From Mobula hypostoma (Eukaryota), in NCBI RefSeq assembly GCF_963921235.1, contig NC_086097.1, forward strand, positions 131,318,001 to 131,382,000: DNA of 64,000 bases. The letters run 5' to 3'. The notes under the pieces were generated by a model. The model was not told where the DNA came from, made no database searches, and was given only the letters and a program-made list of their open reading frames with translations. Numbering within the stretch: position 1 is the first letter of the stretch; each line of letters begins with the position of its first letter. Made by a program: the position numbers and the translations under genes. Positions 51,667 through 64,000 of this stretch are shown here, one piece after another.

Positions 51667-52602
51667 CTAGTTTAAAGTCACCTCAGTAGCCCTCGCTAAT
51701 CTCCCTGCCAGGATATTGGTCCCCCTAGGATTCAAGTGTAACCCGTCCTTTTTGTACAGGTCACGCCTGCGCCAAAAGAGGTCCCAATGATCCAAAAACT
51801 TGAATACCTGCCCCCTGCTCCAATCCCTCAGCCACGCATTTATCCTCCAGCTCATCGCATTCCTACTCTCACTGTCGCGTGGCATAGGCAGTAATCCCGA
51901 GATTACTACCTTTGCGGTCCTTTTTCTCAACTCCCTTCCTAGCTCCCTATATTCTCCTTTCAGGACCTCATCCCTTTTCCTACCTATGTCATTGGTACCT
52001 ATATGTACCACGACCTCTGGCTCCTCACCCTCCCACTTCAGGATATCTTGGACACGATCAGAAATATCCCGGACCCTGGCACCAGGGAGGCAAACTACCA
52101 TCCGGGTCTCTGGACTGCGTCCACAGAATTGCCTATCTGACCCCCTTAGTATTGAGTCCCCTATCACAACTGCCCTCCTCTTCCTTGCCCTACCCTTCTG
52201 AGCTACAGGGCCAGACTCTGTGCTGGAGGCACGGCCACTGTCGCTTCCCCCAGGTAAGCTGTCCCCCCCAACAGTACTCAAACAGGAGTACCTATTGTTA
52301 AGGGGCACAACCACCGGGGTACTCTCTATTACCTGACTCTTCCCCTTCCCCCTCCTAACCGTGACCCACTTGTCTGCCTCCCGTGGCCCCGGTGTGACCA
52401 CCTGCCTGCAACTCCTCTCTATCAACTCCTCACTCTCCCTGACCAGACGAAGGTCATCGAGCTGCAGCTCCAGTTCCGTAACGCGGTCCCTTAGGAGCTG
52501 CATCTCGATGCACTTGGCGCAGATGTAGACGTCTGGGAGGCTTGGAGACTCCAGGGCCTCCCACATCCGACACCGAGAACAACAAACTGCCCTCACACTC
52601 AT
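51667..52602 (-). CDS. CR1 ORF1p: CxxC..CxxC zinc finger, coiled coil, SGNH/GDSL esterase domain (311 aa from first ATG)
   Basis: Uninterrupted ORF; CSRC..CAKC, LRDRVTELELQLDDL heptads, VIGDS, CLPGA, HIGTND, DGLHLN. Confidence 0.9.
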   Translation of the reverse strand: MSVRAVCCSRCRMWEALESPSLPDVYICAKCIEMQLLRDRVTELELQLDDLRLVRESEELIERSCRQVVTPGPREADKWVTVRRGKGKSQVIESTPVVVPLNNRYSCLSTVGGDSLPGGSDSGRASSTESGPVAQKGRARKRRAVVIGDSILRGSDRQFCGRSPETRMVVCLPGARVRDISDRVQDILKWEGEEPEVVVHIGTNDIGRKRDEVLKGEYRELGRELRKRTAKVVISGLLPMPRDSESRNAMSWRINAWLRDWSRGQVFKFLDHWDLFWRRRDLYKKDGLHLNPRGTNILAGRLARATEVTLN

Positions 52603-54699
52603 ACAGCCCCTCTCCTCAAATAACAACAGAAAATGAATGCCAAACCTTCCTCGCCATTAAGAATGTTAAAAGGCCTGAACAGAATAGATATGGCAAAGTT
52701 ATTTCCCATGGTAGGGGATTCTAGGACAAGAGGGCATAACTTTGGGATTGAAGGACATCCTTTTAGAACTGACATGTACTTTAGTCAGTCAGATGGTAAA
52801 TCTGTGGAATTTGTTGCCACAAGTGGCTGTAGAGGCCAATTCATTGGGTGTATTTAAGGCAGAGACAGATAGGTTCTTGATTAGACAGGGCATCAAAGGG
52901 TATAGGGTGAAAGCAGGGGAGTGGGGATGACTGGAAGAATTGGATTAGTCCATGATTGAATGGCGGAGGCTGTTTGTGTGTAATTAGAGATTTGCTCTTG
53001 CTGATGCTGGCTTGGCAGACCATACGGTATGGCGTGCTTCACTTATCCTGCCAATGGATTTCAAGGATTTTGCAGAGAAACTGTAGGTGGTATTTTTCCA
53101 TTGCCTTGAGATACCTGTTGTAGGAAATCATGTCTCTGAAGCAAGAAGAATGGCAGGATTCACTGCTGCCTTGTCGACCGTGAGTTTGGTACAGTACTGG
53201 AGTTGAAATCCAGGTTTTTAAGTAGTCTTTTTCCTTGGACAACAATTCCAGCACGCTAGACGCGGTGGTGAAATTCATTCCTGATGTCTAACTTCATGAC
53301 GATAAAGGATATGGTTTGTGTTTTCCAAGATTGTAGGAAGATGATGGTATGTAGCAAGAGCATGTTGTTAGATGACATTTCCTTTGTGGATATTAATTGT
53401 TTTACCATTCTTTTGTCTTTGGTGAATGAGCCAATGCGATTTGGACTCTAAGCATCTGCATGACAAACAGGAGAAAATCTGCAGATGCCGAAAATTTAAA
53501 GTAACACACACAAAATGCTGGAGGAACTTGGCTGAACTTGCTTTGCCTATGTATTACAACTCATTGACTGACATTGATGTGATGTCATATCTGGAGTGGA
53601 GTTGGGCAGTTTCCCATTTGTCCTGTAGATTCTGTCCGGGGGAAACTCGTTGGATGTGAATTGCAATATTGCAGCAAAATAAACTGTAAAGTGTTGAAGC
53701 CACACCACAGTCTTTACTTGATGCCAGTCTTCACTGGATTGGGCATATAGTAGGCCTGAGGGTTAGAAACGTGACTGGTGTGTCATCATGTGGTTGAGGA
53801 AGAATGGAGATGAATTTCTAAGTGCAGCCACACTTGGGCCCTGACAGGGGTAGTTGTCTTTCAAAGAAGAAGTAAAATGAGCAAAATGTTTGGAAGGATC
53901 AAGGTAAATAATATCATGACAGGATTAGGGAGTGAAGAACCGCAGTTCACTCGTGCGAGAACACAGAAGAGGGCAATGCATTTAAAAGTTGAAAAAGAAT
54001 TTGACTCCCCAGGAAGAGAAAGGATTTTTATTTTCAAATTTCCGGTAACCTAGGATTATTCTATTTTTAAAAATTTCTTCCTTGGCAAGTCAAGATCACG
54101 GTCTGTGGCATCTTTAAAGAACGAGTTTAATCTGCAGTGCTGAGGTATGCTAAGCCTCTTTGGTTTTCTTTGTTGGAGTCCCTACTAATACCGCTCTGTA
54201 AAGCAAAGATGATCGCGAAGCGCTGGGCAAGAAGAGAGAACAATTAGGTGCGGTGATATTAGGCAGTGTTGTGAAAAGTAGGCTGATGAAATAATTCCTT
54301 GATCAGTCCTGTGGAAGAATTGCTCTGGGAAAACTGTGTCTGTGAGTTGCGGTATCTTCCTTTGTTGTAATGCAAGCTTATACAGTGGACCTTGCTTAGC
54401 ATGGCTATTATTCAGTTACTGTAAAATCTGCTACAAGTCCGCCTTCTGGGAAGATTTGGAAAGGGCTGCGGGCAATTTGTACATAGGTATGACTAACGCA
54501 CCGACATGGTTATCTGATAAAATCAGGCCTGGTAGATGGAGATTTTGTTTTAAATACTTCTGTGTTTGTACTATTTTACAAAACTGTGCTTTCAACAAGG
54601 AAACTTTTCAGCAAAGCATTCCTATTTACATGGAACAAATAGGGTTTCAAACTGCAAATGGATACTCTTTCCATTTAGTTTGAATTGGCAACAACATCC

Positions 54700-55085
54700 C
54701 TTCTACAATCTCAATCAGCACAGGCGCTCCACAACTCTGTGTGTTTATCCCCTGTTCTACTCACTTTACACTTATGACTGTGTGGCTAAGCACAGCCCCA
54801 ACGCCATACTTAAGTTTACTGATGACACCACTGTCGTTGGCTGAATCAAATGATGATGATGAATCAGCATACAGGAGGGAGGTTGAAAATCTGTCTGAGT
54901 GGTGCCACAACAACAACCTCTCACTCAATGTCAGTAAGATCAAGGAGATGAGTATTGACTTCAGGAGGAGGGAGCCAGAGGTCTATGAGCCAGTCCTTGT
55001 TGGGGGATCAGAGGGAGAGAAGGTCAGCAATTCTAACTTCCTGGGCGCTATCATCTCAGAGGTCCTCTCCTGGTCCCAGCACGTA
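54700..55085 (+). mobile_element. Rex1/Babar-type LINE RT fragment
   Basis: LFYSLYTYDCVA..KFTDDTTVVG and WCHNNNLSLNVSK.KEM.IDFRR. Confidence 0.85.
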
Positions 55086-55239
55086 AGACAAAATTCACGA
55101 TCCACGTTCACACACCTGGAAGCACCTATTTGCCTGTAGAGGGCTATCTTGCTGGGACTTGCCCAGGCATAAGTCAGAACTCATAGAACCAGAGGTTAAG
55201 GAGAAAATAAATACTAGGGAGGTTTGGGTGGAATGGTGG

Positions 55240-57991
55240 GATGAATTGAAAGTGCAGATTGTTATTAATGATTATGATATAGTTGGGATCACAGAGACAT
55301 GGCTCCAGGGTGACCAGGGATGGGAGCTCAACGTTCAGGGATATTCAATATTCAGGAGGGATAGACATGAAGGAAGGGGAGGTGGGGTGGCGTTGCTGGT
55401 TAAAGAAGAGATTAACGCAATAGAAAGGAAGGACATAAGCCGGGAAGATGTGGAATCGATATGGGTAGAGCTGTGTAACACCAAGGGGCAGAAGACGCTG
55501 GTGGGAGTTGTGTACAGGCCATCTAACAGTAGTAGTGAGGTCGGAGATGGTATTAAACAGGAAATTAGAAATGTGTGCAATAAAGGAACAGCAGTTATAA
55601 TGGGTGACTTCAATCTACATGTAGACTGGGTGAACCAAATTGGTAAAGGTGCTGAGGAAGAGGATTTCTTGGAATGTATGCGGGATGGTTTTTTGAACCA
55701 ACATGTCGAGGAACCAACTAGAGAGCAGGCTATTCTGGACTGGGTTTTGAGCAATGAGGAAGGGTTAATTAGCAATCTTGTCGTGAGAGGCCCCTTGGGT
55801 AAGAGTGACCATAATATGGTGGAATTCTTCATTAAGATGGAGAGTGACATAGTTAATTCAGAAACAAAGGTTCTGAACTTAAAGAGGAGTAACTTTGAAG
55901 GTATGAGACGTGAATTAGCTAAGATAGACTGGCAAATGACACTTAAAGGATTGACGGTGGATATGCAATGGCAAGCATTTAAAGGTTGCATGGATGAACA
56001 ACAACAATTGTTCATCCCAGTTTGGCAAAAGAATAAATCAAGGAAGGTAGTGCACCCGTGGCTGACAAGAGAAATTAGGGATAGTATCAAATCCAAAGAA
56101 GAAGCATACAAATTAGCCAGAGAAAGTGGCTCACCTGAGGACTGGGAGAAATTCAGAGTTCAGCAGAGGAGGACAAAGGGCTTAATTAGGAAGGGGAAAA
56201 AAGATTATGAGAGAAAACTGGCAGGGAACATAAAAACTGACTGTAAAAGCTTTTATAGATATGTAAAAAGGAAAAGACTGGTAAAGACAAATGTAGGTCC
56301 CCTACAGACAGAAACAGGTGAATTGATTATGGGGAGCAAGGACATGGCAGACCAATTGAATAATTACTTTGGTTCTGTCTTCACTAAGGAGGACATAAAT
56401 AACCTTCCAGAAATAGTAGGGGACAGAGGGTCCAGTGAGATGGAGGAACTGAGCGAAATACATGTTAGTAGGGAAGTGGTGTTAGGTAAGTTGAAGGGAT
56501 TGAAGGCAGATAAATCCCCAGGGCCAGATGGTCTGCATCCTAGAGTGCTTAAAGAAGTAGCCCAAGAAATAGTGGATGCATTAGTGATAATTTTTCAAAA
56601 CTCGTTAGATTCTGGACTAGTTCCTGAGGATTGGAGGGTGGCTAATGTAATCCCACTTTTTAAAAAAGGAGGGAGAGAGAAACCGGGGAATTATAGACCG
56701 GTTAGCCTAACGTCGGTGGTGGGGAAACTGCTGGAGTCAGTTATCAAGGATGTGATAACAGCACATTTGGAAAGCGGTGAAATGATCGGACAAAGTCAGC
56801 ATGGATTTGTGAAAGGAAAATCATGTCTGACGAATCTCATAGAATTTTTTGAGGATGTAACTAGTAGAGTGGATAGGGGAGAACCAGTGGATGTGGTATA
56901 TTTGGGTTTTCAAAAGGCTTTTGACAAGGTCCCACACAGGAGATTAGTGTGCAAACTTAAAGCACACGGTATTGGGGGTAAGGTATTGGTGTGGGTGGAG
57001 AATTGGTTAGCAGACAGGAAGCAAAGAGTGGGAATAAACGGGACCTTTTCAGAATGGCAGGCGGTGACTAGCAAGGCTCAGTGCTGGGACCCCAGTTGTT
57101 TACAATATATATTAATGACTTGGATGAGGGAATTAAATGCAGCATCTCCAAGTTTGCGGATGACACGAAGCTGGGTGGCTGTGGTAGCAGTGAGGAGGAT
57201 GCTAAGAGGATGAAGGGTGACTTGGATAGGTTGGGTGAGTGGGCAAATTCATGGCAGATGCAATTTAATGTGGATAAATGTGAAGTTATCCACTTTGGGG
57301 GCAAAAATAGGAAAACAGATTATTATCTGAATGGTGGCCGATTAGGAAAAGGGGAGGTGCAACGAGACCTGGGTGTCATTATACACCAGTCATTGAAAGT
57401 GGGCATGCAGTTACAGCAGGCGGTGAAAAAGGCGAATGGTATGCTGGCATTTATAGCAAGAGGATTCGAGTACAGGAGCAGGGACCTACTACTGCAGTTG
57501 TACAAGGCCTTGGTGAGACCACACCTGGAGTATTGTGTGCAGTTTTGGTCCCCTAATCTGAGGAAAGACATCCTTGCCATAGAGGGAGTACAAAGAAGGT
57601 TCACCAGATTGATTCCTGGGATGGCGGGACTTTCATATGAAGAAAGACTGGATGAATTGGGCTTGTACTCATGGAATTTAGAAGATTGAGGGGGGATCTG
57701 ATTGAAACGTATAAGATCCTAAAGGGATTGGACAGGCTAGATGCAGGAAGATTGTCCCCGATGTTGGGGAAGTCCAGAACGAGGGGTCACAGTTTGAGGA
57801 TAGAGGGGAAGCCTTTTAGGACCGAGATTAGGAAAAACTTCTTCGCACAGAGAGTTGTGAATCTGTGGAATTCTCTGCCACAGGAAACTGTTGAGGCCAG
57901 TTCATTGGCTATATTTAAGAGGGAGTTAGATATGGCCCTTGTGGCTACGGGGGTCAGGGGGTATGGAGGGAAGGCTGGGGCGGGGTTCTGA
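55240..57991 (+). pseudogene. CR1 ORF2 (APE-RT) pseudogene
   Basis: Long open frame to about 57070 lacks the N-terminal NARS motif, has YLGFQKAFD instead of YLDFQKAFD, a 10-bp deletion at about 57071 and another frameshift at about 57670. Confidence 0.9.
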
Positions 57992-58089
57992 GTTGGATGA
58001 TCAGCCATGAGCATAATAAATGGCGGTGCAGGCTCGAAGGGCCGAATGCCCTACTCCTGCACCTATTTTCTATGTTTCTATGTTTCTAT
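55240..58089 (+). mobile_element. Young 5'-truncated CR1 LINE, sister of 46996-52654
   Basis: APE plus RT plus 3' UTR and tail; begins at ggatgaatt; lies inside a SINE whose head is at about 55226-55239 and whose body follows at 58090. Confidence 0.95.
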
Positions 58090-58330
58090 TCCATCCCTGG
58101 AAGCTGCCTGATGGACCTTGCACATTCCTCCTGTAATGATGTGGGTGTCCTGAAGATGCCCTGGTCTTCAGCCATGTCCTAAAAGTGTATGAGTTGCTAA
58201 GGTTAACTAGCTATCCAAAATACTTCAAGCATGAAGTGGGATGTTGATAGGAGTAAAGGGAAAATACTTTAAAGGAAAAGGAGTGGGGGATTGAGACTGA
58301 TCTGTGAGCTGGCCTAGACACAGTACGCTA
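58090..58330 (+). mobile_element. Body of a degraded HE1/V-SINE-like element split by the CR1
   Basis: tccatccc..ttgcacattcctcctgtaatgatgtgggtgtcc..aggttaactagcta matches the other SINE copies in the window. Confidence 0.6.
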
Positions 58331-58519
58331 GCGGCCTCCTTCTGTTGTTTAAGGAAACAAGGAACAGATCTTAGAAATGAAAAGTTCTGGAACTTTTTTT
58401 TAGCCGATTTGCACACATCATGCTCCCTCAAATGATATTGATTGGCTGGTTCAGTGTGGGGGGTTCTGCCGAACTGTGTCATGGAACTTTTTATGAGGCG
58501 GGAGTGGATATTGGACTGC

Positions 58520-60280
58520 TGGAAAACAGTGCTGGAGTGGTAGGAATGGGGGACAAGGTAATGGTGGTTGAACTAAATAAGTATTTTGCATCAGTCTTCG
58601 CTGTAGAAGACACAAGCAGAATGGTGGCAGTTCCAGGTATCAGATGTCATGAAGTGTGTGAAGTTACCTTTACTAGGGAGAAGGTTCTTGGGAAACTGAA
58701 AGGTCTGAAGGTAGATATGTCACCTGGACCAGATAGTGTACACCCTAGGGTTCTGAAAGAGCTGGCTGAAGAGATTGTGGAGGCATTAGCAATGATCTTT
58801 CAAGAACCGTTAGATTCTGGAATGGTTCCAGAAGACTGGAAAATTTGCAAATGTCTCTCCACTCTTCAAGAAGGAAGAGAGGCAGAAGAAGGGAAACTAT
58901 AGGTCAGTTAGTCTGACCTCAGTGGCTGGGAAGATGTTGGAGATGATTATTAGGAATGAGGTGTCAGGGAACTTGGAGTCACATGTTAAAATGGACCGTA
59001 GTCAGCATGGTTTCCTCAAGGGAAAATCTTGCCTGAAAAATCTGTTGGAATTCTTTGTAGAACTAACAAGCCAGATAGACAAAGGAGAATCGGTTGATGT
59101 TGTGTATTTGGATTTTCAGAAGGCATTCAACAAGGTGCCACAGATAAGGCTGCTTAACAAGCTATGAGCACATGGTATTACAGGAAAGATTCTAGCATGG
59201 ATAAAGCAGTGGCTGACTGAAAGGACACAAAGAGTGGGAATAAAGGGAGACCTTTTCTGATTGGCTGTCGATGACTAGTGGTGGTCCACAGGGGTTTGTG
59301 TTGGGACCTATTCTTTTTACATTTTATGTTAATGATTTGGATGATGGAATTGACAGCTTTGTTACGAAGTTTGTAGATGATACGAAGATAGGTGGAGGGG
59401 CATGTAGTTTTGCGTAAGTAGAGAGGCTACAGAGGGACGGATTAGGAGAAGGGGCAAAGAAGTGGCTGATGGAATACAGTGTCGGGAAGTGTATGGTCTT
59501 GCACTTTGGTAGGGGTTGTCTATTTTCTAAATGGAGAAAAAATACAAAAAAATGAGGCGCAAAGGGACACAGGACTGCTTGTACAGGATTCCATAAAGGT
59601 TAAGTTGCAGGTTGAGTCTGTGGTGAGCAAGGCAAATGCAATGTTCATATTCATTTCAAGAGGACTAGAATATAAAAGCAAGGATGTAATGTTGAGACTT
59701 TATAAAGCACTACTGAGGCCTCACTTGGAGTACTGTGAGCAGTTTTGGGCCCCTTATCTTAGAAAGGACGTCCTGAAACTGGAGAGGGTTCAAAGGAGGT
59801 TCATGAAAATGATTCCAGGTTTGAACGGCTTGTCATATGAAGAGAGTTTGACGGCTCTGGGCCTGTATTCTCTGGAATTCAGAAGAATGAGGAGTGACTT
59901 CATTGGAACCTATTGAATGGTGAAAGGCCTTGATAGAGTGGATGTGGAGGGGATGTTTCCTGTTGTGGGAGAGTCGAAGACCAGAGGACACAGCTTCAGA
60001 ATAGAGGGACATCCTTTTAGAATGGAGATGAGGAGCAATTCCTTTAGCCAGAGATTGGTGAATCTGGGGAAATTTTTGCCACGGGCAGCTGTGGAGGCCA
60101 AGTCTTTATGTATATTTAAGGCAGAGGTTGATAGATTCTTGATTGGTCAGGACATGAAGGGATACAGAGAGAAGGCAGGAGGCTGGGGCTGAGAGGAAAA
60201 TTGGATCAGCCGTGGTGAAATGGCAGAGCAGACTCGGTGGGGCAAATGGCCCAACTCTGTTCCTACTTCTTTTGGTCTAT
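58520..60280 (+). mobile_element. Older CR1 LINE (different subfamily), 5'-truncated, multiple stops
   Basis: SPGPDSVHPRVLKE, SQHGFLKGKSC, YLDFQKAF, LYKALLRPHLEYC; CR1 3' UTR. Confidence 0.92.
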
Positions 60281-61647
60281 ATCACACCTTGCTTTAGTAC
60301 CTCACCAGTACTTGAATGTGAAACCATCTGTTAGAGATGAGAGTGTACCCCATTGAGTCACACCTGACCTCACTAACTGGGATGTTTACTGAGGTTTAGT
60401 CCAATTTGCATGTGCTCCAAAAGATACACTTTGGTTAATGGGAATGGTTCAGACCAGGGTCACTCTTTTATCAGCTCAATTTTTAGACAGCACTGATAGG
60501 ATATAAATAACTTTAACAGCATAAACAGTGAGACTATTATTTTTGATGCTTGCATGCAAATACAGGGGCTGGAGTTGCAATGAAACAAACAGTGCACACA
60601 TAATTAGCATCACTGAATTCTGTCCTGAATTCAAGATTCAAGATTCAAGATTGTTTAGTGTCATTTTCAGTACTCACGTGTAAAAGGGAACAAAATAATT
60701 GTTACTCTGGATCCGATGTAACACAAAATAACACAATAAAGTAAAGAACACAATAATAAAAAGCAATAAATATTCTATGAATACATATGATAAGTTATAT
60801 ACATAAACTGACTGCACGTCTATATAGTGACGCTAGGCACAGGAGTGTCTGTACATGAGGTGACTGACAGGAAATGGTAAAGTGCTGGTGGATGGGTGGG
60901 TTAGTGGGTGTAGGTGTCGATCAGCCTTATTGCTTGTGGAAAGCAAGGGTTTTTGAGTCTGGTGGTCTTGGTGTGGATGCAAAATAGCCTCCTCCCTGGT
61001 CGGGGAGCCTTACTCCTCCTAACACAGATTAATATTCAGATATGCCTTTTATGCCTTTTATTATACTGGTTAGAAGTTTTAAGAACTGCATTAGATTTTA
61101 CATGGTCCAAGTATCTTGTATTAAGGACTGTCAACTGGCCAAATGAAATAAAAAATATTGAGCAGAATGAGGCTTTGCATGTCATTTCTTAAGTTTTTCT
61201 AGCCATGTGAAAACTGGACTGAAATATCTGGCAAATTAAGGTGACAGGCAATTTAAAAAAATATAGACACTGGGGCTCGTTGCAATTGATTCAAGGTACA
61301 TTTATTATCAAAGTATGTATGCCATATACAAGCCTGAGATTCATCTTCCCACAGACAGCTATGAAACAAAGACCATGGAATCCGTTCAAAGAACTTCAAC
61401 TCCCACCAAACGCAACTAAAAGTTGTGCAGACAACAACAAGAAAGAACGTGTGAAAACGCGGAACATAAAAACACAAAACTGAAAGAGTCCATATTCATT
61501 GGAGCTCATTGTTCATTATCTGCCGTCTGCCCTGAATCAAAGTGGCGGAAAATAGCAAAATTAAAACAGAAAAGAGAGTGATCAGGAACTTCAGTCCAAT
61601 CCACAAACCGCAGACCCAAAACTTCAGTAGCATCCTCTAAAAGTATC

Positions 61648-61659
61648 GAGGGAGGGAGG

Positions 61660-61692
<33 letters not shown>
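61648..61692. repeat. (GAGG)n(GA)n microsatellite
   Basis: Seen directly in the sequence. Confidence 0.9.
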
Positions 61693-61694
<2 letters not shown>

Positions 61695-64000
61695 TTCGAA
61701 TGCAATGACCTTCCAACAGGAGCAGCGAGCGAGAGGGAGAGAGAGGGACTATCACACGCAGACACCTTCCTCCGGCAACAGCGAGCAAGAGGCTGATAGA
61801 CCATGCTGAACACTTTCTCACCTTGACGTTTTCAATGTTCCTTGATGCTTTAATCAGTGAGATCAGTGAGAAATGGAGTTGATCATGGGCTCACCCCCCC
61901 CCCCACATCTAATCTTCCTGGCCTCAAGACCGCTTGCCTCCTGGAACCTTCTCAGAGGCAAAGCACCAAGTCGCTCAATAAGCCCGAAAATGCACCATTA
62001 AACTGTAGATCTCAGGTGCCAACAGTACCAGAACCATGCTTAAAAGAAAAAGGAAGCGTAAAAGAAATGAAGTAAGCAGTTTTGTGACCACTTGGAGGAT
62101 GTCGCCCATGGCAGCATTGTTCGCTAGTGCCATTTTAACCCAACCTAATTTTCAGTTCTATTGACTTTAGTTGGAGACTAAATTGGCAAGGTGCAAAGCA
62201 AGATCCCAGTTCAGTAACTCCCTATACCTGTCTGCCTGGTTATTAATGCTGAACTGATCCTCCCCTAAGGGGGTATTGTTCAAAGAGAACATGATTTGTA
62301 AATAGCATTGATTAGTTTGATGACACAATGAATGCATTGACTTGATGACACAATGAATGTAAAGAAAGTCATATACAGATTATATTGTAATAATTGGTAC
62401 TTGATTTACTATGGTCACATGTACCAAGGTACACTGAAGAGCTATTGTTTGCACATCACCCAGACAGATCATGAGTACATTGGAGTAGTGCAAAAGGAAA
62501 AGAAAACAGAAAGCAGAATATTGTGTTACAGTTATAGCTAAAGTGTATGCATGTTGATAAATTAAGTCTATAGGCCTCGAAGAAGTAGATTGAATTCATC
62601 TTTAATGTATAAGAAGTCTATTCAAGAGACTTATAATAGCACAATAGAATCTGCCTTTGAGACTGGTGGTGCTTGTTCTCAAACTTTTGCATCTTCTGCC
62701 TGATAGGAGGGAGGAGATGAGAAAGTAGGTCCTTGTTTCCCAAATACGTATTTTAAAAACAAAGTTTGTTTTTGAATTAAAGAAAATTCTCCTTATTTCG
62801 CCATCCACCTGCAACATTCTTCATTCCCTAAAGCAACTGATAGTACTGAAGCAATCAAATATCACTTCAGTTCAAATAACCGTAGATACTTCTGTGATAA
62901 CAAGTTTTGGAACTATAGTTCCAAACTCCAGATCGATGTTTCCCAGTCATTTCTGGTTTGATCAGCTACAGATTTAAGGGGAATTCATTTCCTCTAAGTT
63001 TCCTCCTATTAGATAGCAGGTTGCTTCTCTATAGCAAAAAGCTTTGATTTCTATGCTGTCATACCAATCATTTCAGCAAACCACTACTTTGAGGAAGGAC
63101 AAAGGAAAAGCTATAGCAGAAGGTAGAATATACGGAGCAGACTGACAATAAAGTGCAAAGACATGGTGTGATAGATTGTGAGTTCCTGGGATTTACTTAA
63201 TCAACGTAAAAAAGGCCAATAATTTCCTCCAGGAACTTTGTATGCAGAACTAATTTTAAATTGCTTGTGTATGTATTTATGGCAAAAAGTATTCTTTAAT
63301 CTACTGACAAAATCTAAAATTGTTTCGATTTCCCAGCGTGACTAAATGCAACTAAATACACTCCACTATAAGAAAGGTGCCATTAAGCTAGAATGAGTGC
63401 AGAGGGGCTCTATGTGGCTGTTGTCAGAACTCAGGGGACCAAGTTATGGGGAGAGGTTGAGCAGGTTAGGACTTTTTTCAGTGGTTAATGTGAGGTGATC
63501 TCAATCTTCTGTTGAGTATTTTATTTTTTTAGTGCCAAATAGGCACTTCTGGCCTTTCAAGCCACATCACCCAGCAGCTACTGATTTAAGCCCAGCTTAG
63601 TCAAGGGACAATTTACAATGAACAATTAACCTACTAACCGGTACATCTTTGGACAATGGGAAGAAACCAGAGGACCCAGAGAAAGCCCACTTATTTCATG
63701 GGGAGGATGTACTTATTATATAGAGGTGTATAAAATTATAAGGGTCATGATATAGCATCTGAAACAATTAAACCCTCCATGAACATCACCAAAGAACAGT
63801 TGATAGTAAGACAGTTGACTAAAGGAGAAAGTTTTAAGAACAGTCTTAAAAGAGGAGAGAAACAGATAAGGGAACGATTTAGGGGATTGGGAGATGGGGT
63901 CATTCCATAGCAACTCAATTTATGGATATTGGTGATGGAGCAATTATGCTTAGGGAAGCAAAGGAGGCCAGAATTAGAAGAATGCAGAGATTATTTGGCT

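Larger units (their letters stand above)
46996..52654 (-). mobile_element. Near-full-length young CR1 LINE (ORF1 intact, ORF2 disrupted by two insertions and frameshifts)
   Basis: ORF1; ORF2 APE (CVNARSIRNK..GITETWL..GDFN..SDHN) and RT (QHGF, PQGSVLGP, FADD); (TTTCTATG)n tail; 6-bp TSD cattaa. Confidence 0.95.
46770..52970 (+). mobile_element. Older CR1 3' fragment split into about 46770-46995 and 52655-52970 by the young insertion
   Basis: ggggatctcacagaaacattaa|gaatgttaaaaggcctgaacaga rejoins across the insert; duplicated cattaa at 46990-95 and 52655-60. Confidence 0.85.

Noticed and set aside
53612..53682. Acceptor-like ttcccatttgtcctgtag followed by ILSGGNSLDVNCNIAAK*
   Set aside because: No supporting donor or recognisable protein similarity; such sites arise by chance.
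55159..57213. 684-aa ORF as a novel or domesticated gene
   Set aside because: It is CR1 ORF2 with about 27 residues of flank read-through from a TTG. It lacks the first APE motif, has the RT Asp-to-Gly change and frameshifts before FADD.
47073..58014. Long antisense ORFs (e.g. 49110-49802, 55335-56111, 47785-48189)
   Set aside because: Shadow frames opposite CR1 ORF2, repeated in each copy; no independent protein features.
62317..62359. 18-bp direct duplication ttgatgacacaatgaatg
   Set aside because: Simple local tandem duplication with no further structure.

Overview
Eukaryotic, non-genic-looking DNA, most likely a large intron or intergenic region. The repeat spectrum suggests a cartilaginous fish, probably a ray (inference). 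It includes CR1 LINEs with (TTTCTATG)n-type tails, Rex1/Babar-type LINEs, Penelope-like elements, HE1/V-type and Deu-type SINEs, and Tc1/mariner MITEs. Nearly all ORFs in the track are retroelement fragments, their antisense shadows or chance ORFs. No host gene can be named; only two candidate + strand exons were seen (17857-17895, 42628-42749). The most structured region is 46.8-58.3 kb. A near-full-length minus-strand CR1 with an intact zinc-finger/coiled-coil/SGNH-esterase ORF1 sits inside an older CR1. It carries a nested same-family insertion and a 295-bp permuted copy of neighbouring genomic DNA. It also has an inverted sister copy 2.6 kb away that shares its private mutations and its chimeric junction. 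Other items of note: decayed minimal hammerhead ribozyme motifs in Penelope termini, an LTR/PBS-Pro fold-back, and a YY1-headed non-autonomous LINE derivative. Boundaries of old repeats are approximate and read by eye.
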